This document shows positions 16,852-24,889 of a stretch of 64,000 nucleotides of DNA, in pieces. The DNA is taken from the NCBI GenBank assembly GCA_025963775.1, contig JAOQAD010000016.1:1741-65740 (forward strand), written 5' to 3'. This stretch comes from Bacteroidota bacterium. Its GTDB lineage: Bacteria > Bacteroidota > Bacteroidia > 2-12-FULL-35-15. The notes beneath the pieces were generated by a model. The model did not search any database. It saw only the letters and a program-made list of their open reading frames with translations, and was not told the origin of the DNA. The first letter of the stretch is position 1. Each line of letters begins with the position of its first letter. Position numbers and translations under genes: made by a program.

Positions 16852-18879
16852 TTAATATCCTTTTAGATCCGGCGGATTCATCCCGGAACCTACTGCAACT
16901 TTATCGATCTCCAGTTCAGCCTGTGAAGTAAGCTTCAGCAGCGCGGCTTTTGCGCTCATTGTTTTTTCAAGTTTGATGAATACCCACTGCCATTTATTAT
17001 CGCCGGTAACAGTAAAATCCTTTTTCCAGCCATCCAGTTCAAGAGTACCGTTTTGCTTGTTTTTACTGCGGACAAAGAGTTTGATGTAAACATCCCCGGC
17101 GTTATGCTCAAGGTCGCGCTTATCGATCATGTAGCCAAGCCACTGTTCTTTCTGAAGGATCACAACGCTTTCGGAATATGTGAAATTCAGCGGGGTGCCG
17201 GCCTTATCATAGATCGTACTGATGGTGATCCCGGATGAGCTCGTATCCGGCACTTCCGCTTCGAAGATCATTTCTGTTCTCCAGCGGGAAGGATGCTCGT
17301 ACTGGTGCCACCTGTCCAGCTGATAGAAAACATAAGGCTTTGCACTTTTATCAAAAAAATAAACGCTGCCCTGCCTTCTTGCTTTGATGCGGATGGTTTC
17401 TCCGTCGATCTTTATTTCAACAGGCTTATCGGGCGCCGAACGCTCTGTATTGGAGGAAGGCTGCAGGGTTGCTGCAATGATATATTCCTGCTTCTGATCA
17501 TGTTTTCTCACAGCTACCAGTACATCCTTGTCATTCACAGGATACGTCACAACAGGGTTCCCTTTTTCATCCATCAGCACATTTCCATCCCGGAAAACAT
17601 CTTTGTAATGTGTGGTCACCGCCTGTGCATACGCCGGTATGGCTGCCTGCCACACATAGTTCTCCGGCTTTGTGAACGGCGGTCTCAGGTTAAAATAAGC
17701 AACGTAATAAAATTCTGCACCAACAACGGAAAGGCATTTCAGCAATCCGAGCCATTGTCCCGGGCGGATATCCTTTTCAGGATTGGTGTCCCAGCCAGCC
17801 GCAACAAAAGGGGAGAAGAAGCGGTCGCCGCTTTTGATCTCTTTCATGCGCCCGTCGTTGATCCATTTCCAGCCATGCCATGCGCCCTGCCAGAGCTTCC
17901 AGTTGTTGGGATGCCGCGGGTAAAAGTCGGGAGTTGAATAATAATTCCCTTTGATCTGCGAGCATGTCTTCTTTGAAGCGTTCCAGTCGAAGCGGTTGAT
18001 TGGTCCGCCCTCAACGGCATACACGGTGAACCATGTTTTTTTTAATTCGGGAAAGCTCATGAACTGGGAAGAATACACATTGCGGATGTGCTGCTTTTTC
18101 ACCGCTATGTAAGTATTCCAATTGTCGATGCCCAGTTTTTTTTTGTCCGCGATCATATCCTTATCGCCGGACACATCACTTTCACTCATGTTCCCGGGAG
18201 GCTCTTCACCGTTCTCGTTGATGAGATCGATAGGACGTGTAAGATGATCCAGTAAATTGCGGAGGCATTTTGCCTGCATCTGCCCGTCTTCCGCAAACAA
18301 CGAATCCGGTGCAGCGAAGTTTACTCTTTTTTTAATGACAGTGCCTGTTTTATCCTTTACATAAAAGCGGTCGGGAAGGTCCTGCAGTAATATGTTCGGC
18401 CGCTTCTTTTTATAACCGAGCTTTTCCGGCTGCAGCTGCATCCAGAAAACGGTTGTGCCCAGCGGCACTTCGGGATGTTTATTGGCCAGCTTCACATAGG
18501 AGCTGAAAGGTGAATTGGGATCGGAAAAGGACTTGGCATCAAAGGCATAGGTGGCATTCGGAATAAAGAGAAAATAATTCCAGTGCAGGATCAGTTCCTC
18601 CTGGATCTTAAATGCAGCTTCGATCGCATCTTTTTTCTTTATTTCCTTTTGCCCGTTGCCGCCCATGTAAAGCGGGTTCATCCAGTTGAAAAGGTGGATG
18701 AGATCGTTGCCCGGAACGTAGCGCGGGGAAGGAAAAGATTCCAGCTGCTGTAAAGCGGAAACCGAGCGAAGCGGGTAACCCGACTGGAACTCGAGTGTAT
18801 CGATGCCTGTTTGCGAGCTGCAATTGGCGACGGTAATGAACAGTAAAAAGGCAAATGAAAAATAGTGTTTTGGGAGCAT
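16852..18879 (-). CDS. Secreted 675-aa protein of unknown function (possible glycan-active enzyme with C-terminal beta-sandwich)
   Basis: Signal peptide MLPKHYFSFAFLLFITVANCSSQ. No motif I can assign. Trp/Tyr-rich core (WQGAWHGWKWINDG, LINENGEEPPG). 3-nt gap to the upstream gene. Confidence 0.65.
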   Translation of the reverse strand: MLPKHYFSFAFLLFITVANCSSQTGIDTLEFQSGYPLRSVSALQQLESFPSPRYVPGNDLIHLFNWMNPLYMGGNGQKEIKKKDAIEAAFKIQEELILHWNYFLFIPNATYAFDAKSFSDPNSPFSSYVKLANKHPEVPLGTTVFWMQLQPEKLGYKKKRPNILLQDLPDRFYVKDKTGTVIKKRVNFAAPDSLFAEDGQMQAKCLRNLLDHLTRPIDLINENGEEPPGNMSESDVSGDKDMIADKKKLGIDNWNTYIAVKKQHIRNVYSSQFMSFPELKKTWFTVYAVEGGPINRFDWNASKKTCSQIKGNYYSTPDFYPRHPNNWKLWQGAWHGWKWINDGRMKEIKSGDRFFSPFVAAGWDTNPEKDIRPGQWLGLLKCLSVVGAEFYYVAYFNLRPPFTKPENYVWQAAIPAYAQAVTTHYKDVFRDGNVLMDEKGNPVVTYPVNDKDVLVAVRKHDQKQEYIIAATLQPSSNTERSAPDKPVEIKIDGETIRIKARRQGSVYFFDKSAKPYVFYQLDRWHQYEHPSRWRTEMIFEAEVPDTSSSGITISTIYDKAGTPLNFTYSESVVILQKEQWLGYMIDKRDLEHNAGDVYIKLFVRSKNKQNGTLELDGWKKDFTVTGDNKWQWVFIKLEKTMSAKAALLKLTSQAELEIDKVAVGSGMNPPDLKGY

Positions 18880-18882
18880 CGT

Positions 18883-19449
18883 TTAGCCGATTCGTTTTTG
18901 TACAAATGATTCCACCTTGTCGAACAGCTGCTGCGGGCTCGATGTGCGCCATGCTATATCGTCCAGGTGTCCGCCTGAAACAATGTAATAATCTATGTTT
19001 GCCCGGTTGAATTCCTTCAGCACATGCTCCCTGAAATTCAGGAAAGCGATCCACCCGTCTTCCACTTCCTCGAACCATTCCTCGTAATAGCAATCATCCG
19101 AATAATGGAAGTTAAGCACATTCTCGCCAATGAGAATAAATTTATTGACACCATGCTCCATGATCTTTTCGATGATATCGCGCTTCAGGATCATGATGTC
19201 GTTGTTGATGCAATCATTCCATTCACCGATCAGCTCGATGATCGCGAAGCCCTGGTCATAATCCACAAACAGTATTTTGATGTAGAGAGTAGGGGAGTCG
19301 ATATCATCCCACTGCGGGTGGATCACATAATTGTAAATGGCATTCGTGTATTCAAACTCGCTGTATTCCCGCTCATAAAATGGGGAGCGCTCATCCTCCG
19401 ATGCGATGTAGAGATGCCTCCAGTTGTAATATGGTTCAATATCCTGCAC
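18883..19449 (-). CDS. Acidic cytoplasmic protein, unknown function (weak STAS-like segment)
   Basis: GTG start at 19449, no signal peptide, very Glu/Asp/Tyr-rich. AIIELIGEWND...VNKFILIGENVLNFHYSDD resembles the anti-sigma-antagonist (STAS) core pattern. Confidence 0.55.
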   Translation of the reverse strand: MQDIEPYYNWRHLYIASEDERSPFYEREYSEFEYTNAIYNYVIHPQWDDIDSPTLYIKILFVDYDQGFAIIELIGEWNDCINNDIMILKRDIIEKIMEHGVNKFILIGENVLNFHYSDDCYYEEWFEEVEDGWIAFLNFREHVLKEFNRANIDYYIVSGGHLDDIAWRTSSPQQLFDKVESFVQKRIG

Positions 19450-19466
19450 TTTAGAATTGGAAATTT

Positions 19467-19518
19467 AGAATTGTTGAATGATAGAATCCGGATCACGATT
19501 CTAAAATTCAACAATTCT
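19467..19518. other. 52-nt compound hairpin abutting the murQ stop codon
   Basis: Outer 13-bp perfect stem AGAATTGTTGAAT/ATTCAACAATTCT encloses an inner 7-bp stem TAGAATC/GATTCTA. No clear U-tract on the transcribed (minus) strand. Confidence 0.65.
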
Positions 19519-20324
19519 TACTTTTTATAATTGTCCACTGCCTTACGTACGCTTCCGTATTTCAGCAGCAGCTCGTTTGCTTTTTTATAAGTTACTTTTA
19601 ATTCTTTAGCTACCATATTTGTGCCACGGTCCACCAGCTTATTGTTGCTCAGCTGCATGTCCACCATCTTGTTTCCCTTTACTCTTCCCAGCTTTATCAT
19701 CACGGAAGTGGAGATCATGTTCAGCACCAGTTTTTGCGCTGTGCCCGATTTCATGCGTGTGCTGCCGGTCACAAATTCAGGCCCCACAACCACTTCAATT
19801 TTATGCCTTGCTGCTTTTGCAACATTGCTTCCTTTATTGCAAACGATGCAGCCGGTAAGAATATTGTTTTTGTTGCATGCTTCCAAAGCACCGATCACAT
19901 AAGGCGTTGAGCCCGAAGCTGCAATGCCGATCACTACATCTTTTTGATTTATTTTATGCTGCTGCAGGTCCTTCCATCCCTGTGCAGTATCATCTTCTGC
20001 AAATTCCACGGCTTTGCGGATGGCTTTATCGCCGCCGGCAATGATGCCGATCACCATGCCCTGTGGAACGCCGTAAGTTGGCGGACATTCGCTCGCATCC
20101 ACAATTCCAAGCCGTCCGCTTGTGCCTGCGCCCATGTAGAATAACCGTCCTCCCTGTTTCATCTGTTTCACGATCGCATTCACCAGCTTTTCAATTTTAG
20201 GGATCGCCTTTTCAATAGCATCCGGAACGGTTTTATCTTCAGCATTGATGTTGCTGAGCAATTCCTTCACGCTCATTTTTTCAAGAGCAGTGTAGTTTGA
20301 ATCGGATTCGGTGGTGCGTTTCAA
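19518..20324 (-). CDS. murQ: N-acetylmuramic acid 6-phosphate etherase
   Basis: SIS-domain signature GGRLFYMGAGTSGRLGIVDASECPPTYG, ...GIAASGSTPYV and ...GSTRMKSGTAQK. Confidence 0.9.
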   Translation of the reverse strand: MKRTTESDSNYTALEKMSVKELLSNINAEDKTVPDAIEKAIPKIEKLVNAIVKQMKQGGRLFYMGAGTSGRLGIVDASECPPTYGVPQGMVIGIIAGGDKAIRKAVEFAEDDTAQGWKDLQQHKINQKDVVIGIAASGSTPYVIGALEACNKNNILTGCIVCNKGSNVAKAARHKIEVVVGPEFVTGSTRMKSGTAQKLVLNMISTSVMIKLGRVKGNKMVDMQLSNNKLVDRGTNMVAKELKVTYKKANELLLKYGSVRKAVDNYKK

Positions 20325-20363
20325 AGGAGGTATTATTTAAATATAAAAGCGTTTATGCTAATT

Positions 20364-20458
20364 GTACCGACCCCGGATCGGTGTCCGGGGCAGGCACGGG
20401 ATCTGTTAAAAAGATCCGTTAATGTTTAATGAGATCCCGTGTCGGGGCACGGGATGAC
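20364..20458. repeat. REP/MITE-like element, family A (degenerate left arm)
   Basis: Right arm GAGATCCCGTGTCGGGGCACGGGATGAC. The left arm GTACCGACCCCGGATCGGTGTCCGGGGCAGGCACGGGATCTG is a diverged inverted copy. Confidence 0.65.
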
Positions 20459-20493
20459 GGTCTGAAAATGAGAAACTTTATTTTATAAATATC

Positions 20494-22929
20494 TTAATAG
20501 ATCCCCGGAAATTTTCCCGGATCGCTTTCCTGCATGATCCCGTACACGGCATCAAACACATCATCTGCGCTCGGCTTGCTGAAATAATCGCCATCAGAGC
20601 CGTAAGCAGGACGGTGGTCCTTTGCCGGGAGCGTTTGCGGTTTTGCGTCGAGGTATTTATAAGCTTCCTGCTCTTCCACTATTTTCTGGAGGATATAGGC
20701 GCTGGCACCACCCGGAACATCTTCATCGAGCACCAGCAAACGGTTTGTTTTCTTAACCGATTCCACGATCGCGTGATTACGGTCGAATGGAAGCAGGGTC
20801 TGCACATCGATCACTTCCACCGAAATGCCTGCTTCTGCAAGCATTTTCACTGCATCCATCGCGATCCTGCAGCAGGAGCCATAGGTAACAAGCGTAATGT
20901 CGGAGCCTTCGTTTATGGTCTCCACAACACCCAACGGTAGTTTATATTCGCCCAGGTTGGTAGGCAATTGTTCCTTTAAGCGGTAGCCGTTCAAAGGTTC
21001 GATCACTAATGCAGGCTCATCTGCGGCAAGCAGTGTATTGTAAAATCCTGCCGCCTGTGTCATGTTGCGCGGAACGCACACATGGATCCCGCGGACGGAA
21101 TTGATGATCATTCCCATGGGTGAGCCGCTGTGCCAGATGCCTTCGAGGCGATGGCCGCGCGTGCGGATGATCACCGGCGCTTTTTGCCCGCCTTTGGTGC
21201 GGTATTGAACGGTTGCAAGGTCATCGCTCATGATCTGCAATGCGTAGAGCAGGTAATCGAGGTATTGAATTTCAGCGATAGGGCGGAGTCCACGCATGGA
21301 TAAGCCAATGGCCTGTCCCATGATGGTCGCTTCGCGGATCCCGGTATCAAACACCCTGATCTCGCCGTATTTTTCCTGTAAGCCTTCCAGCCCCTGGTTC
21401 ACGCCGCCGATCTTCCCGCTGTCCTCACCGAAGATCAATACTTCAGGATATTTTGCAAGGATGGCATCGAAATTCTCACGCAGTAATTCGCGTCCGTCCA
21501 CCTGCTTCGCTTCGCCGGCATATTCTGCCTGCACAGGCTTAATGTTCAGTGCATTCAGGCTTGATTCGCTTTGCAGGTACGAGCTGTAACGGTCGTAATT
21601 GGCAATTTTTGATTCGCTCAGCCAACTGCTGAGGCTTGCTTTTGCAGCAATGTTCTCTGTGCGGGTCATCCGCAATACGCGCTTTGCAGCCACGATAATA
21701 TCCTTGCGGATCGGCTCCACGATGCCGTTGAGCTCCGCTGTTATCTTTTCAATGAATACTTTATTTCCGGATGCATTCGCGATCTCATTGATCATCGCGA
21801 TGACTTCGGTACGTTCATGTTTGATCGGTGTGAGGTATGCGTTCCAGGCAGCGGCTTTTGCTTCGCGCACCACTTTTTTTGCATCCTCTTCGATCTCGTT
21901 CAGCTCGCTGTCTGTTGCAATTTTATTGCTGAGGATCCATTCGCGCATTTTTTTGATGCCGTCGAAATCGGATTCCCACTGCAGGCGCTCCTTCGACTTG
22001 TAGCGCTCGTGTGAGCCGGAAGTACTGTGGCCCTGCGGCTGCGTTACTTCTTCCACGTGGATGAGCACAGGCACATGTTCTTCGCGGCAAACGCGTGAAG
22101 CATTCTCATAAGTTTCGCATAAATGTGCATAATCCCAGCCTTTTGTTTTGAAGATCTCGTAACCGTTTCCGCCTTTTTCACGCTGAAAGCCTTTCAGGAT
22201 CTCGGAGATGCTCTCTTTCGTTGTCTGGTATTTTTTAGGGACGGAGATTCCGTGTCCGTCGTCCCATACGGAAACCAGCATCGGGATCTGCATTACACCG
22301 GCTGCATTGATGGTTTCCCAGAACAATCCTTCGGAAGTGCTGGCATCGCCAATGGTACCGAAAGCGATCTCATTTCCTTTGCTGGAAAGGTGCTGGAATT
22401 TGCTGCTTTGTAAAGCGGGATTGTTCTTGAAATATTTGGATGCCATCGCAAGGCCGAGCAAACGCGGCATTTGTCCGCCTGTCGGGGAAATGTCGGGCGA
22501 TGAATTTTTCATTTTTGTAAGGTCTTTCCAGCTGCCGTCAGCATTCAGGCTGCGGGTGCCGAAATGTCCGCCCATCTGGCGGCCGGCGCTCATTGGCTCC
22601 AGGTCAAGGTCGGTGTGGCCATATAAGCCCGCAAACCATTCCTGCAAGGTAAGGTTGCCGGTGGCGAACATGAAGGTCTGGTCGCGGTAATATCCCGAAC
22701 GGAAGTCACCGTTGCGGAAGGCTTTTGCCATGGCCAGCTGCGCGATCTCCTTGCCATCGCCGAAGATCCCGAACTTTGCCTTTCCTGTAAGCACCTCGCG
22801 CCTTCCCATCAGGCTGGCTTCGCGGCTTTCATTGGCAATGCGGTAATCGTTCAGTACGATGTTCACAAATTCATCCTTGGAAAATAATTGTTTTTTTTCA
22901 GCCGAAACTGTTTCTCCTGATTTTGACAT
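20494..22929 (-). CDS. Fused alpha/beta E1 component of a 2-oxoacid (branched-chain type) dehydrogenase
   Basis: 811 aa. The N-terminal half carries the TPP-binding E1-alpha region (GTIGDASTSEG...). The C-terminal half is transketolase-like E1-beta (VFDTGIREATIMGQAIGLSMRGLRP...). Confidence 0.88.
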   Translation of the reverse strand: MSKSGETVSAEKKQLFSKDEFVNIVLNDYRIANESREASLMGRREVLTGKAKFGIFGDGKEIAQLAMAKAFRNGDFRSGYYRDQTFMFATGNLTLQEWFAGLYGHTDLDLEPMSAGRQMGGHFGTRSLNADGSWKDLTKMKNSSPDISPTGGQMPRLLGLAMASKYFKNNPALQSSKFQHLSSKGNEIAFGTIGDASTSEGLFWETINAAGVMQIPMLVSVWDDGHGISVPKKYQTTKESISEILKGFQREKGGNGYEIFKTKGWDYAHLCETYENASRVCREEHVPVLIHVEEVTQPQGHSTSGSHERYKSKERLQWESDFDGIKKMREWILSNKIATDSELNEIEEDAKKVVREAKAAAWNAYLTPIKHERTEVIAMINEIANASGNKVFIEKITAELNGIVEPIRKDIIVAAKRVLRMTRTENIAAKASLSSWLSESKIANYDRYSSYLQSESSLNALNIKPVQAEYAGEAKQVDGRELLRENFDAILAKYPEVLIFGEDSGKIGGVNQGLEGLQEKYGEIRVFDTGIREATIMGQAIGLSMRGLRPIAEIQYLDYLLYALQIMSDDLATVQYRTKGGQKAPVIIRTRGHRLEGIWHSGSPMGMIINSVRGIHVCVPRNMTQAAGFYNTLLAADEPALVIEPLNGYRLKEQLPTNLGEYKLPLGVVETINEGSDITLVTYGSCCRIAMDAVKMLAEAGISVEVIDVQTLLPFDRNHAIVESVKKTNRLLVLDEDVPGGASAYILQKIVEEQEAYKYLDAKPQTLPAKDHRPAYGSDGDYFSKPSADDVFDAVYGIMQESDPGKFPGIY

Positions 22930-22963
22930 AACAAGCCCTTTATTTGATAAGATTCTATTTCTA

Positions 22964-22971
22964 CAAATATA
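22964..22971 (-). promoter_or_regulatory. Candidate -7 box TATATTTG for the E1 gene
   Basis: Exact TAnnTTTG on the minus strand, 35 nt upstream of ATG22929. Confidence 0.45.
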
Positions 22972-23043
22972 AGTATTTGCAGGACTTTAAAAGAGGGCTT
23001 TTAAAATTTTGTGGAAAAATGAATGAGAAGCCGCATCCCCTTA

Positions 23044-23080
23044 GCGTCAGTTCGGGTAGCGAGGTACGAGCGTATCGGAA
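23044..23080. repeat. REP-like half element, family B
   Basis: GCGTCAGTTCGGGTAGCGAGGTACGAGCGTATCGGAA is nearly identical to the arms at 28283 and 33396. Confidence 0.7.
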
Positions 23081-23103
23081 AGGGCATTTGAATTTGATTC
23101 TAT

Positions 23104-23595
23104 TTAGAAACGGACATTGTAAATCCCGATCGCTTTTTTATAGTTGACTGCTTTCCGGTGATGCGCGATCGGGGAAACGATGATGCAGGATAAGGAAGCT
23201 GCCAGGAAAGTGATGCCAACCGGGCGTATCCAAAGATTGCCTGCCTGGTTCTGGCGGATACAGCCTGCAGCCAGTATGCCTAATGGCAATGCGGCGAAGG
23301 CGATGAATTCCCTTTTGCGGTTCCTGTTCGCTTTGTTAACATACCTGATGATCTCTTTGTTCTTCGAGGCCAGCAGTTGCGCCTGCAGGAGCGAAGTGTT
23401 GCGGTCGGCGTAAATCGACTGATCCTTTCTATAGCTTATTTTATAGTATGTATAGGTGTACCCGGATGGCTTCTGGAAAGATTGTAGAGGAGCGGCCGCT
23501 TCCGTGGCCCTGTCGTTCATCTCAGGAATGGATTCCTGCGCAGCAGCTGTGAAGGCCAGCAGGAACAAAACAGGAAAAAATAAAAAGATCCTCAT
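23104..23595 (-). CDS. Membrane protein, unknown function (shorter paralog of the upstream gene)
   Basis: Start trimmed to ATG23595 (MRIFLFFPVLFLLAFTAAAQ). C-terminal module FIAFAALPLGILAAG...TM...HHRKAVNYKKAIGIYN parallels FLGFAAIPLGIGALF...TM...HKRTTYNRKAVELYN of the 23597 gene. Confidence 0.6.
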   Translation of the reverse strand: MRIFLFFPVLFLLAFTAAAQESIPEMNDRATEAAAPLQSFQKPSGYTYTYYKISYRKDQSIYADRNTSLLQAQLLASKNKEIIRYVNKANRNRKREFIAFAALPLGILAAGCIRQNQAGNLWIRPVGITFLAASLSCIIVSPIAHHRKAVNYKKAIGIYNVRF

Positions 23596-23596
23596 A

Positions 23597-24286
23597 TTAA
23601 TATTTCTGGTTATAAAGCTCCACGGCTTTGCGGTTATACGTTGTACGCTTATGCTTGAAAACACCCGAAATGATGGGGCAGGCGATGGCGCCGCCAACTA
23701 AAAGAAGGCTTCCCGTTACGGTTCCCGTGCTCAGCCTGCCATTGTTATTGATAGCTCCGGCTTCCAGCACAAAAAGAGCCCCGATACCCAGCGGAATGGC
23801 TGCAAAACCCAGGAACTGGAGCTTGTGTGCATCCTTTGCGCCCTGGATCAGCGGGACGATCTGGCGGTCCTGCGTTTTCATCAGGATCCGCTGCATTTCA
23901 TTCTCGCCGATCTTGCGGCCCTGGTATTTATATTTGACTGCGCCGTAAGGCTGCATTTTATCAACGTGCAATTCTTTCTGAACGTTCGGATCGTAATAAT
24001 CGGTGCTTGTGCCGGCATCTGAAATTCTGACAGGGACGGCGGTTGTGGTGGAAGAGATCTGCTCTTTTATGCCATTCGAATATTTAATGTAGCTGATCTC
24101 AGACCTGTTCTCAACATACGTAGGGCCATCCTGGAAACTGAATTTTTTATATTTTATTTCAAGGGGGCCTACCTCGGTGATCTTTGCCTGGATCACTTCT
24201 CCGTTTGTTTTCATGATGGTATCCTGGGCAAAAGCAACATGAGAAATAAAAAAAGCGGTAATGATGAATAGAAGTGCGTGTCTCAT
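23597..24286 (-). CDS. Membrane protein, unknown function (longer paralog)
   Basis: Signal peptide, N-terminal DTIMKTNGEVIQAKITEVGPLEIKYKK domain and two C-terminal TM helices. Its stop is 1 nt from the next start. Confidence 0.65.
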   Translation of the reverse strand: MRHALLFIITAFFISHVAFAQDTIMKTNGEVIQAKITEVGPLEIKYKKFSFQDGPTYVENRSEISYIKYSNGIKEQISSTTTAVPVRISDAGTSTDYYDPNVQKELHVDKMQPYGAVKYKYQGRKIGENEMQRILMKTQDRQIVPLIQGAKDAHKLQFLGFAAIPLGIGALFVLEAGAINNNGRLSTGTVTGSLLLVGGAIACPIISGVFKHKRTTYNRKAVELYNQKY

Positions 24287-24321
24287 TTTATAGGTGCGGA
24301 TTGCTCATTACGAATATACGC

Positions 24322-24355
24322 AAAAAAATAAATCGCACCGGTGAGGATGCGATTT
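24322..24355 (-). terminator. Intrinsic terminator downstream of the 24491-24808 gene
   Basis: On the minus strand, AAATCGCA-N10-TGCGATTT is followed by ATTTTTTTG. Confidence 0.6.
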
Positions 24356-24490
24356 TAATGTGAGAAGGGCTGGGGAGCAAGAAATGCTACGAACTCACTC
24401 CCCAGTTTTTGCACGAACTTTTTTACAGCCCTTCTGCGGTGGGATCTTTTTTGGTGGTTTTAATTCTATAACGCCGGGGTACCCCGAAAG

Positions 24491-24808
24491 TTACAGCACT
24501 TTGAAATTAATTGCTACAAAATAGGTAGTGCCTTGCTTTTCAGCGGTGCTGCTGAAGCTCATCGCGCCGAATTGCTCGATGATGTAGCGCTTTAATTCCG
24601 CATTTGAAGTTTGAACGCTGATCACGGAAGCTTTTCCGTTTTCCACTTTGAATTCAACATTTACTTTTTCGTCCAGCTTTTGTTTTTTAAGGGAGGCCGG
24701 AACTTTCATTTGCTTTGTGATCGTATTGTGGATCGTGTTTCCGTTGCCCGCGTATGTTGCGATGTAGCTGAAGAAGATCGCGACGATCAGTAAAATTATT
24801 TTTTTCAT
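24491..24808 (-). CDS. Small secreted protein with TonB-C-terminal-like fold pattern (unknown function)
   Basis: Signal peptide MKKIILLIVAIFFSYIATYA. KVNVEFKVENGKASVISVQTSNAELKRYIIEQF resembles the TonB_C beta-alpha-beta pattern. Confidence 0.55.
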   Translation of the reverse strand: MKKIILLIVAIFFSYIATYAGNGNTIHNTITKQMKVPASLKKQKLDEKVNVEFKVENGKASVISVQTSNAELKRYIIEQFGAMSFSSTAEKQGTTYFVAINFKVL

Positions 24809-24889
24809 GGGGATGTTGTTTTTAATGTTTTTGATTTCTGAACACTGGACGAAGCACCTTGTTTAAAGTTACAGCTCCTGTGAATTTTT

